Shown here in pieces: positions 29,970 to 39,404 of a DNA stretch of 64,000 nucleotides; within the stretch, counting starts at the first letter, position 1, and each line of letters begins with the position of its first letter. A program made the translations under genes and the position numbers. The DNA is from an uncultured Chloroflexia bacterium. Lineage in GTDB: Bacteria > Chloroflexota > Limnocylindria > Limnocylindrales > CSP1-4. The stretch is taken from NCBI GenBank assembly GCA_963700245.1, contig CAVOWV010000001.1, positions 5,666 through 69,665 of the forward strand, read 5' to 3'. The notes beneath the pieces are model-generated. The model was not told the DNA's origin and did not search any database. It saw nothing but the letters and a program-made list of their open reading frames with translations.

Positions 29970-30799
29970 CTAGCGGCGCGAGCGCCGGGTGGCCGGGGTG
30001 GCGAGCAGGGCGCCCAGGGCGAGGATGCCCAGGACCAGCATCGCCAGGCTCCAGCCGCTGCCGGTGGACGAGCTGCCGGTCGAGCCCGAGGCGTCCGTGG
30101 CCGGCGGGGTGATGTCCGGGGTGCCGGTGATCTCCTCGACCTCGCCGCTCGGGGTCGGGGTGGTCGGCGTCGCGGTCGGCGGGGTGGTCGGCGTCGCGGT
30201 CGGCGGGGTGGTCGGCGTCGCGGTCGGCGGGCGTGGTCGGCGGTCGCGGTCGGCGGGGTGGTCGGCGTCGCGGTGGTCGGGCGTCGCGGTGGTCGCGGTC
30301 GGGGTCGCGGTCGGGCGTCGGGGTCGGCGTCGGGGTCGGCGGTCGGGGTCGCGGTCGGGGTCGGCGTCGGGGTCGGGTCCTCAGGGGTCTCGCCCTTGCA
30401 GACGATGACGTGGCTGATACCCTTCGCCGCTCAGCGCACTGTACTTCACCCCGGCGGTCGGTCGACGGGTACTCGTCGTTGACGGTTCCAGCCTTGACAA
30501 TGAGGGCCTCCCAGTGGTCGCCCGCACCACGACTGGTTGAACGTGTTGAGGACGTACGACTTCCACTTGCCGTCGACCTTGTCGGTGAAGTAGCCGTGTT
30601 CCGAGTTCTCGCCCGCTTCGTGCTTGAAGCACAGGCGACGGCGTTCGGGAACTGGTCCTCCCAGTTGTCCGGGTCGTTGGCGTCTGAGATCCATCGGAGA
30701 GCCGGCAGCAGCGGTGCCTGGCACGATCAGCGCGGTCACGCAGAGGGCGGTGGCAACCAGCCACCCGACTCCCTGCCTCTTGATAGCGAAGTGCTTCAT
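29970..30799 (-). pseudogene. secreted protein with a signal peptide, a ~110-aa Cys-containing domain, a (PPTATPTT)n linker and a C-terminal TM plus Arg-rich anchor. At least four frameshifts as assembled.
   Basis: Own three-frame reading of the minus strand gives five pieces. First is MKHFAIKRQGVGWLVATALCVTALIVPGTAAAG. Then SDANDPDNWEDQFPNAVAC, then KHEAGENSEHGYFTDKVDGKWKSYVLNTFNQSWCG, then DHWEALIVKAGTVNDEYPSTD, then AGVKYSALSGEGISHVIVCKGETPEDPTPTP. The C-terminus reads ...GSGWSLAMLVLGILALGALLATPATRRSRR with stop TAG at 29970. Confidence 0.55.
30150..30385 (-). repeat. 24-nt tandem repeat (GGTGGTCGGCGTCGCGGTCGGCGG on the plus strand), several exact and several degenerate copies, encoding a Thr/Pro linker
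   Basis: At least three exact consecutive copies are visible from 30170 to 30235. They are followed by copies containing indels. Confidence 0.85.
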
Positions 30800-30951
30800 G
30801 TCGTGGTCCCCGAGGTGCCGGATACCCGGCGAATGGATGCTCGAACAGGGATACCCCCGTTCGCCTGCCTGACTGGCGAGGTCTGTATCTTCGGGTACAG
30901 GTCCTGGGCAGTCCAGTACTCAGGGCTCCTCATCAGTGCCCTCAACCCCAC

Positions 30952-31338
30952 TCAACCACAGCGGCGAGCCACGATTTCGGTGCCCATGGTCAACGCAGGT
31001 CCCAGGACGTCGGTACCCCCAGCCGCCATGGTCGCGGTGACTGGTGGCGCACGCAATGTCGGCGACGCGACACGCGTGCGCCGGACAGGCAGACGGGACG
31101 TCCTCAGGCTCGGCACGACGACTGCGTTCTTGGTGCAGGCGATGCTCTCGCCGATCGCGAGGGCTACCTTTGGCCCGGGAGGTACTGCGGCTGCCTGAAC
31201 CGGATTGCTCGCCTCTCCCCGATCCGCCCGGTTCGCGGTGACGTTGTGCACTGCCTGGTCCCACAGCTTCCGGCAGAGGCTCTGGCGGTAGGATTGCGTC
31301 CGTCCCGCCCAGCCCGCCAGGAGGTCCCCGGTGACCAT
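30952..31338 (-). CDS. possible small ORF of unknown function (very uncertain)
   Basis: Distal 128 aa of ORF 30952..31653(-). It reads MVTGDLLAGWAGRTQSYRQSLCRKLWDQAVHNVTANRADRGE...KVALAIGESIACTKNAVVVPS.... Third-position GC is only moderately elevated. The ATG overlaps the divergent argS start by 8 nt. Confidence 0.2.
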   Translation of the reverse strand: MVTGDLLAGWAGRTQSYRQSLCRKLWDQAVHNVTANRADRGEASNPVQAAAVPPGPKVALAIGESIACTKNAVVVPSLRTSRLPVRRTRVASPTLRAPPVTATMAAGGTDVLGPALTMGTEIVARRCG

Positions 31339-33028
31339 GCCCGTCGATCCCGTCGCCGCCCCCGCGGCCATCCGCGCCCGGGTTCGCGCCGCCGTGGAAC
31401 GGGCCTGGGCGGACGCGGTGGCAGCCGGTCGCCTGCCGGCGCTCGAGGATCCGACGTCGGCACCGGCCATCGAGGTGGAGCGGCCCGCCAACGCCGCCTT
31501 CGGCGACTTCGCGACCAACCTCGCCATGAAGCTGGCCCGCCCGATGCGCCGGTCACCGCTGGACATCGCGGAGGCCCTGGCCGAGTCCCTCCGCGGCGAA
31601 GCGGGTGCGGGGCTGGTGGCCTCCGCGGAGGTCGCCCGGCCGGGCTTCGTCAACGTGCGGATCCTGGACGCGGCCTACGAGGAGCTGGTGAAGGGCGTCC
31701 TGGCCGCGCCGGCGGCGTGGGGCAGGATCCCGGCGGTCAATCCGCGCAGCGTCAACGTGGAGTTCGTCTCCGCCAACCCGACCGGCCCGCTCACCGTGGG
31801 CAACGCTCGTGGGGCGTTCGTCGGTGACCTGCTGTGCCGCGTCCTCGAGGCCGGCGGCCAGACCGTGGCCCGCGAGTACTACTTCAACGACTCCGGCACC
31901 CAGATCGACCACCTGGGCGCGTCCGTCGCGGCCGTGAAGCGCGGGGAGCCCGTGCCGGAGGACGGGTACCGGGGCGCCTACGTGGAGACGCTCGCGCGGG
32001 AGGTGCCGGACGACGTGTGGGCCGCCGCTGCGGCCGATGGGGCCGACGAGGCCGCCGTCCTGGGCGCCTGGGCGTCGACGCGGGTGCGCGGGATGATCGA
32101 GGCCAGCCTCTCCCGTCTCGGCGTCCACTTCGACGTCTGGAAGAGCGAGGCCTCGCTCCACGACGAGGGCTGGGTCGAGCGGGCGGTCGAGCGGCTCCGG
32201 GCCGCGGACCAGGTCTACGAGCAGGACGGCGCGGTCTGGTTCCGGTCGACCGCCTTCGGCGACGACAAGGACCGGGTCATCTACCGCTCGGACGGCCGGC
32301 CCACGTACTTCGCCGCGGACATCGGCTACGTGACCGAGAAGTTCAGCCGCGGCTTCGACCACCTCATCTACATCTGGGGCGTGGACCACCACGGCACCGT
32401 CGCCCGCAACAAGAACGCGGCCCAGGCGATGGGCTACGACCCGGACCACTACCAGGTGCTGCTGATCGGCTGGGTCCGGTTCGTGGTGGATGGCGTCGAG
32501 GTCTCGATGTCCAAGCGCGCGGGCACGTTCGTGACGCTGGACGACCTGCTGGATGCCGTGGGCACCGACGCCGCCCGCTGGTTCTTCGCGTCACGCGCCG
32601 CGCACGTGGAGATCGACTTCGACATCGAGCTCGCGAAGAAGCAGTCCGCCGAGAACCCGGTCTACTACGTGCAGTACGCGCATGCGCGGATCGCGTCGAT
32701 CGTGCGCAAGGCGGCGGAGGCCGGCCTGGCGCCGGCGCCCGGCGTGGAGGGGCTCCTCGCCGGCGAGCCGGAGGCGGCGCTGGCGCGGGTGGTCTCACGG
32801 CTCCCGGAGGTGGTCGAGGACGCCGTCCTGGCCGAGGAGACGCAGGGCATCACGGCCTACGCGACGGAGCTGGCGACCCAGTTCCACGCGTTCTACCGGG
32901 ACGCGCGGGTCGTGGACACCGACCAGCCGGAGCGGTCCGCCCAGCGGCTGGCGCTCGCGTTGGCCACGCAGACGACGCTGGCCAACGCCCTCGGCCTGCT
33001 GGGGATCTCCGCGCCCGACGCGATGTAG
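31331..33028 (+). CDS. argS: arginine--tRNA ligase
   Basis: ORF 31331..33028(+), 565 aa. Motifs: VEFVSANPTGPLTVGNARG (HIGH-type region), YYFNDSGTQI, SMSKRAG (KMSK-type). Confidence 0.93.
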   Translation: MTMPVDPVAAPAAIRARVRAAVERAWADAVAAGRLPALEDPTSAPAIEVERPANAAFGDFATNLAMKLARPMRRSPLDIAEALAESLRGEAGAGLVASAEVARPGFVNVRILDAAYEELVKGVLAAPAAWGRIPAVNPRSVNVEFVSANPTGPLTVGNARGAFVGDLLCRVLEAGGQTVAREYYFNDSGTQIDHLGASVAAVKRGEPVPEDGYRGAYVETLAREVPDDVWAAAAADGADEAAVLGAWASTRVRGMIEASLSRLGVHFDVWKSEASLHDEGWVERAVERLRAADQVYEQDGAVWFRSTAFGDDKDRVIYRSDGRPTYFAADIGYVTEKFSRGFDHLIYIWGVDHHGTVARNKNAAQAMGYDPDHYQVLLIGWVRFVVDGVEVSMSKRAGTFVTLDDLLDAVGTDAARWFFASRAAHVEIDFDIELAKKQSAENPVYYVQYAHARIASIVRKAAEAGLAPAPGVEGLLAGEPEAALARVVSRLPEVVEDAVLAEETQGITAYATELATQFHAFYRDARVVDTDQPERSAQRLALALATQTTLANALGLLGISAPDAM

Positions 33029-33449
33029 GGGTCCGGAGCCGGCCGCGAGGCGCGGCCCGGGTGTGGCGACTCGGGCCGGAGTCACCATGGGCTCCTTGCC
33101 CCTAAGGTGGACCCGGATTCCGTCAATTCCGGGCCTGACCGCTGTGTGCCGATCGCCCTGGTGACCCCCAGCGGAGTCAGATCAGGGCGGCGACTCCGAG
33201 CGGAGTCGCGGGCCGGGCAGCCGGTCCGCGCGACGGCGGTGCTGGATCCGCCCGCCGGATATCAGCGCCGGCTGATGTTCGGTCCCGCGGACCACCCGCC
33301 GGGCGCCGTTGCATCACCCGGGGGTGATGCTGGGCACGCGGAGCCGCGCCGGTGTCGTCGCAACATCAGGGGGGACCGATATCTGGCGGCGTCGCTGGGA
33401 ACCCAGCCCTGCGTCAGGGCTCCGTGGCAGTCCCGTCCAGTCGGTGGAC

Positions 33450-34854
33450 CTACCCGGCGAGACCCAGGGCGTTGGCGACGCGGCCCATCGTGTCGGGCGA
33501 CTCCGCCGAAACGAGGACCACGCGGTTCTCGGCCGGGCGCAGGATCGTGGGCGAGCGGCCCAAGTCCCTTGAGCTTGTCCACCGTCGGCCCGAGCGCCGC
33601 CTCGAACTCCGCGGCGTCCTCCGTGGTGTCCCAGGCCGTGTCCATCACGACGGCCTTCGCGCCATCGGGTCCCTCGAGGAGGGCGACGCGGTCGCCGCCC
33701 CAGCCGGCCGCGGCGTCGTTCGTCGCTGAGGCACCACCGTCACGCAGGACGACCTCGAGGAGCACCTCGCCGAGCGTGTCCTCGAGCGAGACCTTCCACC
33801 CATCACCCAGACGCGTCGCCAGGTCCTTCGGGAAGGCGACCTCGACGGGCTTCTCGCGCGACGCGAACTTCTCCGGGTGGAGCACCTGCTCGGTGGAGTC
33901 GGGCGGGTTCGCGAACAGGCCGTCCACCGACTCGAAGCCGCCGTTCGTGAACGCGCCCAGCGCGAGCTGGATGCCGCTCGTGTACGGGAACAGCAGCGGA
34001 TCCTTGAGGATCGCCGGCATCTTCGCGAGGATCGCCTCGGACGCCGGGTCCGTGCTGCCGGCGACCTTCACGAGCTCGGCCGGGGTCAGGAACTGCTGGG
34101 CCCACAGGCTCATGAGGAGCGTGGCGTCGCCCTCGACCACCGCCGCCCGGGCCATCGTGCGATCGCTCTGGTCGGTGTCCTCGCCCATCACCTTGCGCAG
34201 GTTGAACCGCTGGTCCTGCAGCGCGTGCGTGAACTCGTGGGCGTAGGTGATCTCCTCGACAGGGCCGATGGCGCCGTCCTTGGAGACCACGTACATCTGC
34301 TTGGTCTCGTCGTCGTACAGGCCCGCGACCTGGCTCGTCAGCAGCTCCAGGTAGAGCTGCTCGAGGGAGTCGTCCTGGGGCATCAGCCCGAGCTCCTTGT
34401 ACAGGGTCTCGGTGCCCTTGACGAGCTCCTCGGGGTTGTCCTTGCGGAAGCCCTCGCGCAGGTAGGCGCACAGGCTGGGTGTGTCGAACACGCCGCGCGC
34501 GACCGGCGCCGTGGCGGTGATGCCGCGCAGATCCTGGACCTGACCCTCGACCTCCGCGTAGATGGCGGCATTGGGGTCGTTGGCCCCCGCCGTGGCGGCA
34601 GGCCCGCCGGTGACGGACTCGTCGCACACGGAGGCGATGGGCGAGGACGAAGGAGCCGCGCTGGGAGCGACCGTGGGAGGGGCGGTCGCGGGGGCTTCGG
34701 TGGGAGCCGCGGTTGCCGCCGACGTGGGGCCCGTGGTCGCGGGGGCAGTTGTGGGGGTGGAGGAGCCGCAGGCGGCCACGACCAGGATCGCGACCAGCGC
34801 GACCAGGCCACCCGTAAGGCGTTTCGAGGAGTTCATCGCGGGCGATTGTGCCAT
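33450..34854 (-). CDS. lipoprotein with an HExxH zinc-metalloprotease-like motif. One frameshift at the CCC run 33559-33561.
   Basis: ORF 33262..34854(-). The lipobox is VAILVVAACG and the metalloprotease motif is YAHEFTHALQD. After VDKLKGLG the adjacent frame gives RSPTILRPAENRVVLVSAESPDTMGRVANALGLAG with stop at 33450. Confidence 0.75.
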
Positions 34855-35166
34855 GGCATCCCGACGGAGCCTGCCGACCCGTGAGTTCCCTGTGCGAGAT
34901 GTCCGTTTCTTAACCGTTCCGCGCGCCGGGCATGAATCCTCCCCGTCTATGGTTCGTCATGGAACACCCCTCAGGTTCCATCCTCCCTCCCTCGGGACCG
35001 GGGGCGCCGATTGGGCAGGCGTCTCCGGTCCTTCTCTTTGTCCCGCGCGATCAGGCGCCGCACGGGAGGGCGCCACGCTCCGGGCAACTCCGCGCCGCGC
35101 TCCGGGCGAACCGCGCCGCGCGGAGGCGAGGATCCCGGGCGAAGCGGCCTGTGCGAGAATCGGCGC

Positions 35167-35839
35167 ATGGAGCTGACCTGGTACGGACGAACCTGCATCC
35201 GGCTGCGCGGCAAGGACGCCGTCGTGGTGAACGACCCCTACCCGGCGATCGTCGGGCCAACGGGCCGTGGCATCACCGGCGACGTCGTCACCTACAGCCA
35301 CCCCGACGACGCGCCCCTCGCCAAGAAGGCCGTCAAGACCTCGCGGGACGGCGGGACCGCCATCCCGACCAGCCTGGAGCCCGCCTTCGTGCTCGACGGA
35401 CCGGGTGAGTACGAGGTCCACGACGTCCTCGTCACCGGTGTGCGGACCTACCGGGACAACGCCAAGGGAGCGGAGCGCGGCCGGCAGACCGCGTTCATGA
35501 CGGAGCTCGACGGGCTGCACACCATCCACCTGGGCGACATCGGCCACGAGCTGACGGAGGAGAAGCTCGGGGACATCGGACGCGTGGACATCGCGTGCGT
35601 GCCGATCGGCGGCGCCCTCACCGCGACCAGGGCGGCGGCGCTCATCGCCCAGCTGGACCCCAAGATCGTGGTCCCGATGCCCGTGTGCGAGGAAGAGGCG
35701 GACTGCGACGAGGCGATGAAGAGGTTCCTGCACGAGATGGGCGCAGAGCCCACCGTGCAGGCCGAAGCTGTCCGTGACCACGTCCAGCCTGCCGCCCGAG
35801 ACGACGACGGTCCTCCTGGAGTCGCGCGGCAAGGCCTGA
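35167..35839 (+). CDS. MBL-fold metal-dependent hydrolase (UPF0173-like). One frameshift near 35760.
   Basis: From ATG 35167: MELTWYGRTCIRLRGKDAVVVNDPY...VVTYSHPDD...HLGDIGH. The C-terminus in the adjacent frame is PKLSVTTSSLPPETTTVLLESRGKA with stop 35837-35839. Confidence 0.75.
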
Positions 35840-35843
35840 CGCC

Positions 35844-36566
35844 GTGACGCCGGCGGGGTGGGAGGCGTTCTGGCGGTTCGTCCTGCCGTTCGCGGTCGCC
35901 GCGGTCCTCGCGGTCGCCGACTGGCTCGCGGTCTGGGCCGGGGGGACCGCGGGGCGGCGCATCGAGCGGGTCGCGAAGCCCGGCGTCCTGGTGGCGCTCA
36001 TCGCGGCGGCCGCCCTCGTGACGCCGGTCACCCCGGAGGCGCGCGCCGCCCAGCCGTGGCTGGTCGCGGGGCTGGTCGCCTCCCTGGCGGGCGATGTCCT
36101 GCTCCTCCCGCCCGGGCGGTTCGTCCCCGGGCTCGGGGCCTTCCTGGTCGCCCATCTCGCCTACCTGGTCGCGTTCCTCCAGCTGCCGGGCGAGGAGGCG
36201 TGGCTCGTGGCCGGCGTGGCCGCGGCCCTGGTCGCGATGGCGACGGTGGGCCGGGTCCTCGTGCGAGCGGCGACGCGGTCAGGCCTGGGGCTGCCGGTCG
36301 GGGCGTACCTCGTCGCGATCTGTGCGATGGCGGTCGCGGCGACCCGGACCGGCGGCACGGCGGCAATCGCGGGTGCGTGGCTGTTCGTGGCGTCGGACGC
36401 GCTACTGGGCTGGGGGCGGCTGCGGGAACCGCGGCCCGGGTTGCCGCGGGGCGGTGGACGGGCGCAGCGCGTGGCGGTGCATGCCACCTACCACGTGGCG
36501 CAGGCGCTGATCGTGCTCGCGCTCGCGGGCTTCGGGGTCGCGGAGGCGGTGCAGGGCGGGGCCTGA
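35844..36566 (+). CDS. YhhN-family (lysoplasmalogenase-like) membrane protein
   Basis: ORF 35844..36566(+), GTG start. It is a multi-TM protein. LVASLAGDVLLL and FVASDALLGW are YhhN-like conserved blocks. Confidence 0.75.
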   Translation: MTPAGWEAFWRFVLPFAVAAVLAVADWLAVWAGGTAGRRIERVAKPGVLVALIAAAALVTPVTPEARAAQPWLVAGLVASLAGDVLLLPPGRFVPGLGAFLVAHLAYLVAFLQLPGEEAWLVAGVAAALVAMATVGRVLVRAATRSGLGLPVGAYLVAICAMAVAATRTGGTAAIAGAWLFVASDALLGWGRLREPRPGLPRGGGRAQRVAVHATYHVAQALIVLALAGFGVAEAVQGGA

Positions 36567-36614
36567 CCCCGGGGCGGTCCGGAGTGGCCACGACGCGCGG
36601 TCACAGCCGGAGGG

Positions 36615-37979
36615 TCAGGCGCGGCGGTAGATCACGCGGCCGCGCTTGATCACGACGTCGGCGAGATCCGCTCCCACCCAGTAGGGCAGCTGCTCCACCG
36701 TCGTCGCCCGCCAGATCACGAGATCCGCGGCCTTGTCGGGCTCGATGGACCCGACCTCGTCGGCCACGCCCACCGCGTGCGCCGCGTTGATCGTCACGGC
36801 CGCGAGGGCCTCGGCCGGTGAGAGCTTCATCGCCAGGCACGCGACGGTCATCACCAGGGGCAGCGACGGCGTCGGCGAGGTGCCCGGATTGAAGTCCGTG
36901 CCCAGGGCCACCGGGACCCCGGCGTCGATGAACCGGCGGGCCGGTGCCGCCTCGTCGGCCATGAGGAACCAGGTGGTGGCGGGGAGCAGGGTGGCGACCG
37001 TGGGATGTGGGCCGTCGGCCGCCGCAGAGAGCGCGGCGATCCCCTCGTCGGAGGGCGTGTGCAGGTGGTCCGCGGAGAGCGCGCCCAGCTCGGCGGCCAG
37101 CTCCGCCCCGCCGGAGGGAGCGAGCTCGTCGGCGTGCAGACGGATCGCCATCCCGTACCCGGCCGCGGCCTGGAGGATCCGCCGACTCTGATCCGCGCTG
37201 AACACGCCCTGCTCGCAGAACACGTCGCACGACCGGGCACGGCCCTGCGCCGCGACGCCCGGCAGCTGCTCCTCGATGACATGGCGCACGTACGCCTCGA
37301 CACCGTCGGGCCGCGAGCGGTACTCGGACGGGACGGCGTGAGCGCCGAGGTAGGTCGGCACGACATCGACCGGCCCCTCGCGCCCCAGCTCGTGCGCGAC
37401 CTCCAGCAGCCGCAGCTCGGTCTGGAGGTCCAGCCCATAGCCCGACTTCGCCTCGATGGTGGTCACGCCGTGGCGGCACATCTCGTCGAGCCAGCGGCGC
37501 CCGTGCTGGGCCAGCTCCTCGGCAGAGGCCGCGCGGGTCGCCGCCACCGTGGACAGGATCCCGCCACCCGCCGCCAGGATGTCGAGATAGCCGGCACCCT
37601 GCTGGCGCATGACCAGCTCGCCCTCCCGGCTGCCGGCGAACAGCAGGTGCGTGTGCGGATCCACGAGCCCCGGGGTGACCACGCCGCCGTCGGCATCGAT
37701 GCGCACGAACCTCGCCAGCGGCCAGCCGTTCGCCTCCAGCCCCTGCTCCACGAGGTCCCGCGGTCCCACGCCGACCACCCGGCCCTCCCAGCACGCGACG
37801 ACCGGTGCCGCCGGCGCGCCTGGACCGCCCACGAGCGCCGCGTCCAGCATCGCGATATCGCCCTGCGTCGGACCCCGGCGCAGACCGCCGGCCAGCGTGG
37901 CGATCTGCGAGGCACCGTGGATGAGCAGCCCCGCAGCATCGGCAGATGCCCGGCCGCCCTCGATCAGGCGGAGCGCCAT
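36615..37979 (-). CDS. hutI: imidazolonepropionase
   Basis: Distal 454 aa of ORF 36615..38660(-), from ATG 37979. Amidohydrolase and HutI pattern: GLVDPHTHLLFAG, EAKSGYGLD, LHADEL, GTDFNPGTSP. Confidence 0.9.
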   Translation of the reverse strand: MALRLIEGGRASADAAGLLIHGASQIATLAGGLRRGPTQGDIAMLDAALVGGPGAPAAPVVACWEGRVVGVGPRDLVEQGLEANGWPLARFVRIDADGGVVTPGLVDPHTHLLFAGSREGELVMRQQGAGYLDILAAGGGILSTVAATRAASAEELAQHGRRWLDEMCRHGVTTIEAKSGYGLDLQTELRLLEVAHELGREGPVDVVPTYLGAHAVPSEYRSRPDGVEAYVRHVIEEQLPGVAAQGRARSCDVFCEQGVFSADQSRRILQAAAGYGMAIRLHADELAPSGGAELAAELGALSADHLHTPSDEGIAALSAAADGPHPTVATLLPATTWFLMADEAAPARRFIDAGVPVALGTDFNPGTSPTPSLPLVMTVACLAMKLSPAEALAAVTINAAHAVGVADEVGSIEPDKAADLVIWRATTVEQLPYWVGADLADVVIKRGRVIYRRA

Positions 37980-38962
37980 CAGCGGTCCCGCCCCGTGTCG
38001 CGCGCCGCTGCCAGCCGCAGCTCCAGGGCCATCAGCGGCGAGAAGTCGCGCAGCCCGATGGCCGCCGCGGCCGCGCGCAGGCGCACCTCGACGGCGGCGT
38101 CGCGCGGCGCGCCGGCGTGATCGGCCACGTCCAGGAACGCGGCCAGCGGGGCCAGCCCGATCAACTCCGACTCGGCCAGCGCCACGCCGTCCTCGGCCGC
38201 CAGCTCCCCGACGGTCTCCCAGACCCGCCACAGCGGGGTCACTCCGAAGTCCAGCAGGTTCATCGAGACCTGGGCGCGGACCGGGTGGCCACGCTCGGGC
38301 TCCTCCACCCGGAAGCCGTTGCCCTGGAGCCTCGGCAGGCCGCCTCCCGACTCGCGGACGCGGCGGGCGATCCGCTTCGCGAGCTCCACGTCGTCCGAGT
38401 CGAGGTTGATGTTCCAGGCGATCAGGAAGGGCCTGGCCCCAACCGCCACGGCCCCGAACCGCGGATGCATCCGGGCGGGCCCGAAGTCCGGCTGGCGCCC
38501 GTTCTGGGCGATCTCGTCGCGGAGCCCCTCGTACTGGCCGCGGCGGACGTCGCTGAGCTTCACGCGGTCGGCGCGGGCGGCGGCGCGCGCGTAGAGGTAG
38601 ACGGGGATCTCGTGCCGGCTCGCGATGCGGGCGCCGAATGCCCGGGCGAGGTCCACGCACGCGTCCATGGTGGTGTCGCCCAGGGGGACGAACGGGATCA
38701 CGTCCACGGCGCCGATCCGCGGGTGCTCGCCCGTGTGCTCCTCCATGTCGATGTCGGCGATGGCCTGGTCGACGAGTCGCTCGAGGCCGGACGAGACGGC
38801 GTCATGCTCACCGGCGACGGTGAACACGGACCGGTTGTGGCTAGGGTCCGACGTCCGGTCGAGGAGGAACACGCCCGATACCGAGGTCAGGGCGTCGGCG
38901 AGGCGCTCGACGACATCGAGGCGACGACCTTCGGAGACGTTGGGCACGCTTTCGACGAGCAC
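37979..38962 (-). CDS. glutamate formimidoyltransferase (FtcD N-terminal-type)
   Basis: Distal part of ORF 37979..39247(-), from GTG 38962. Motifs: VLVESVPNVSEGRR, DPSHNRSVFT, HPRIGAVDVIPFVP. Its TGA shares one base with the hutI ATG (TGATG). Confidence 0.88.
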   Translation of the reverse strand: MLVESVPNVSEGRRLDVVERLADALTSVSGVFLLDRTSDPSHNRSVFTVAGEHDAVSSGLERLVDQAIADIDMEEHTGEHPRIGAVDVIPFVPLGDTTMDACVDLARAFGARIASRHEIPVYLYARAAARADRVKLSDVRRGQYEGLRDEIAQNGRQPDFGPARMHPRFGAVAVGARPFLIAWNINLDSDDVELAKRIARRVRESGGGLPRLQGNGFRVEEPERGHPVRAQVSMNLLDFGVTPLWRVWETVGELAAEDGVALAESELIGLAPLAAFLDVADHAGAPRDAAVEVRLRAAAAAIGLRDFSPLMALELRLAAARDTGRDR

Positions 38963-39083
38963 GTGGTCGATGCTACAGGCCGCGGAGGGCGCAGGAGGGA
39001 CAGGCGCGCTGCACCCGGGGGCCATCCGCGGCGACCCGGCTCGCGAACCTGCCAGCGAACACCCCGTACCGCGAGACCCGAGG

Positions 39084-39320
39084 ATGAACGACTCCGCCGC
39101 ACTCCCCATCGTGACCATCACCCCCCGCGACAACGGCGGGTACCGCATCACCGGCCCCGTGGTGCTCCAGGACGCCGAGGGCGGCTCCTGGGTGCTGCCC
39201 GAGGGCAAGGCCGTGTTCCTGTGCCGTTGCGGGCTGTCCGCGAACAAGCCGTTCTGCGACAGCTCTCATGGGGACGCCGGGTTCGAGAGCGTCGTGCGAG
39301 CGCCCGCGCCCGAGGCCTGA
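39084..39320 (+). CDS. CDGSH iron-sulfur domain-containing protein
   Basis: The last 78 aa of ORF 38625..39320(+), from ATG 39084, contain CRCGLSANKPFCDSSH (CDGSH-type 2Fe-2S motif). Confidence 0.8.
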   Translation: MNDSAALPIVTITPRDNGGYRITGPVVLQDAEGGSWVLPEGKAVFLCRCGLSANKPFCDSSHGDAGFESVVRAPAPEA

Positions 39321-39404
39321 CGGGCCTCGCACCCGCCCGATCGCGTGCCGAGGCCAACCGCCGACGGCGTCCTCGACAAACCGGGACGCTAGACTCCCGG
39401 CCTG

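Noticed and set aside
30150-30385. Regular 24-nt repeats that superficially resemble a repeat array
   Set aside because: There are no unique spacers. The period is a multiple of three and it translates to a Thr/Pro linker within a secreted-protein gene. It is not a CRISPR array.
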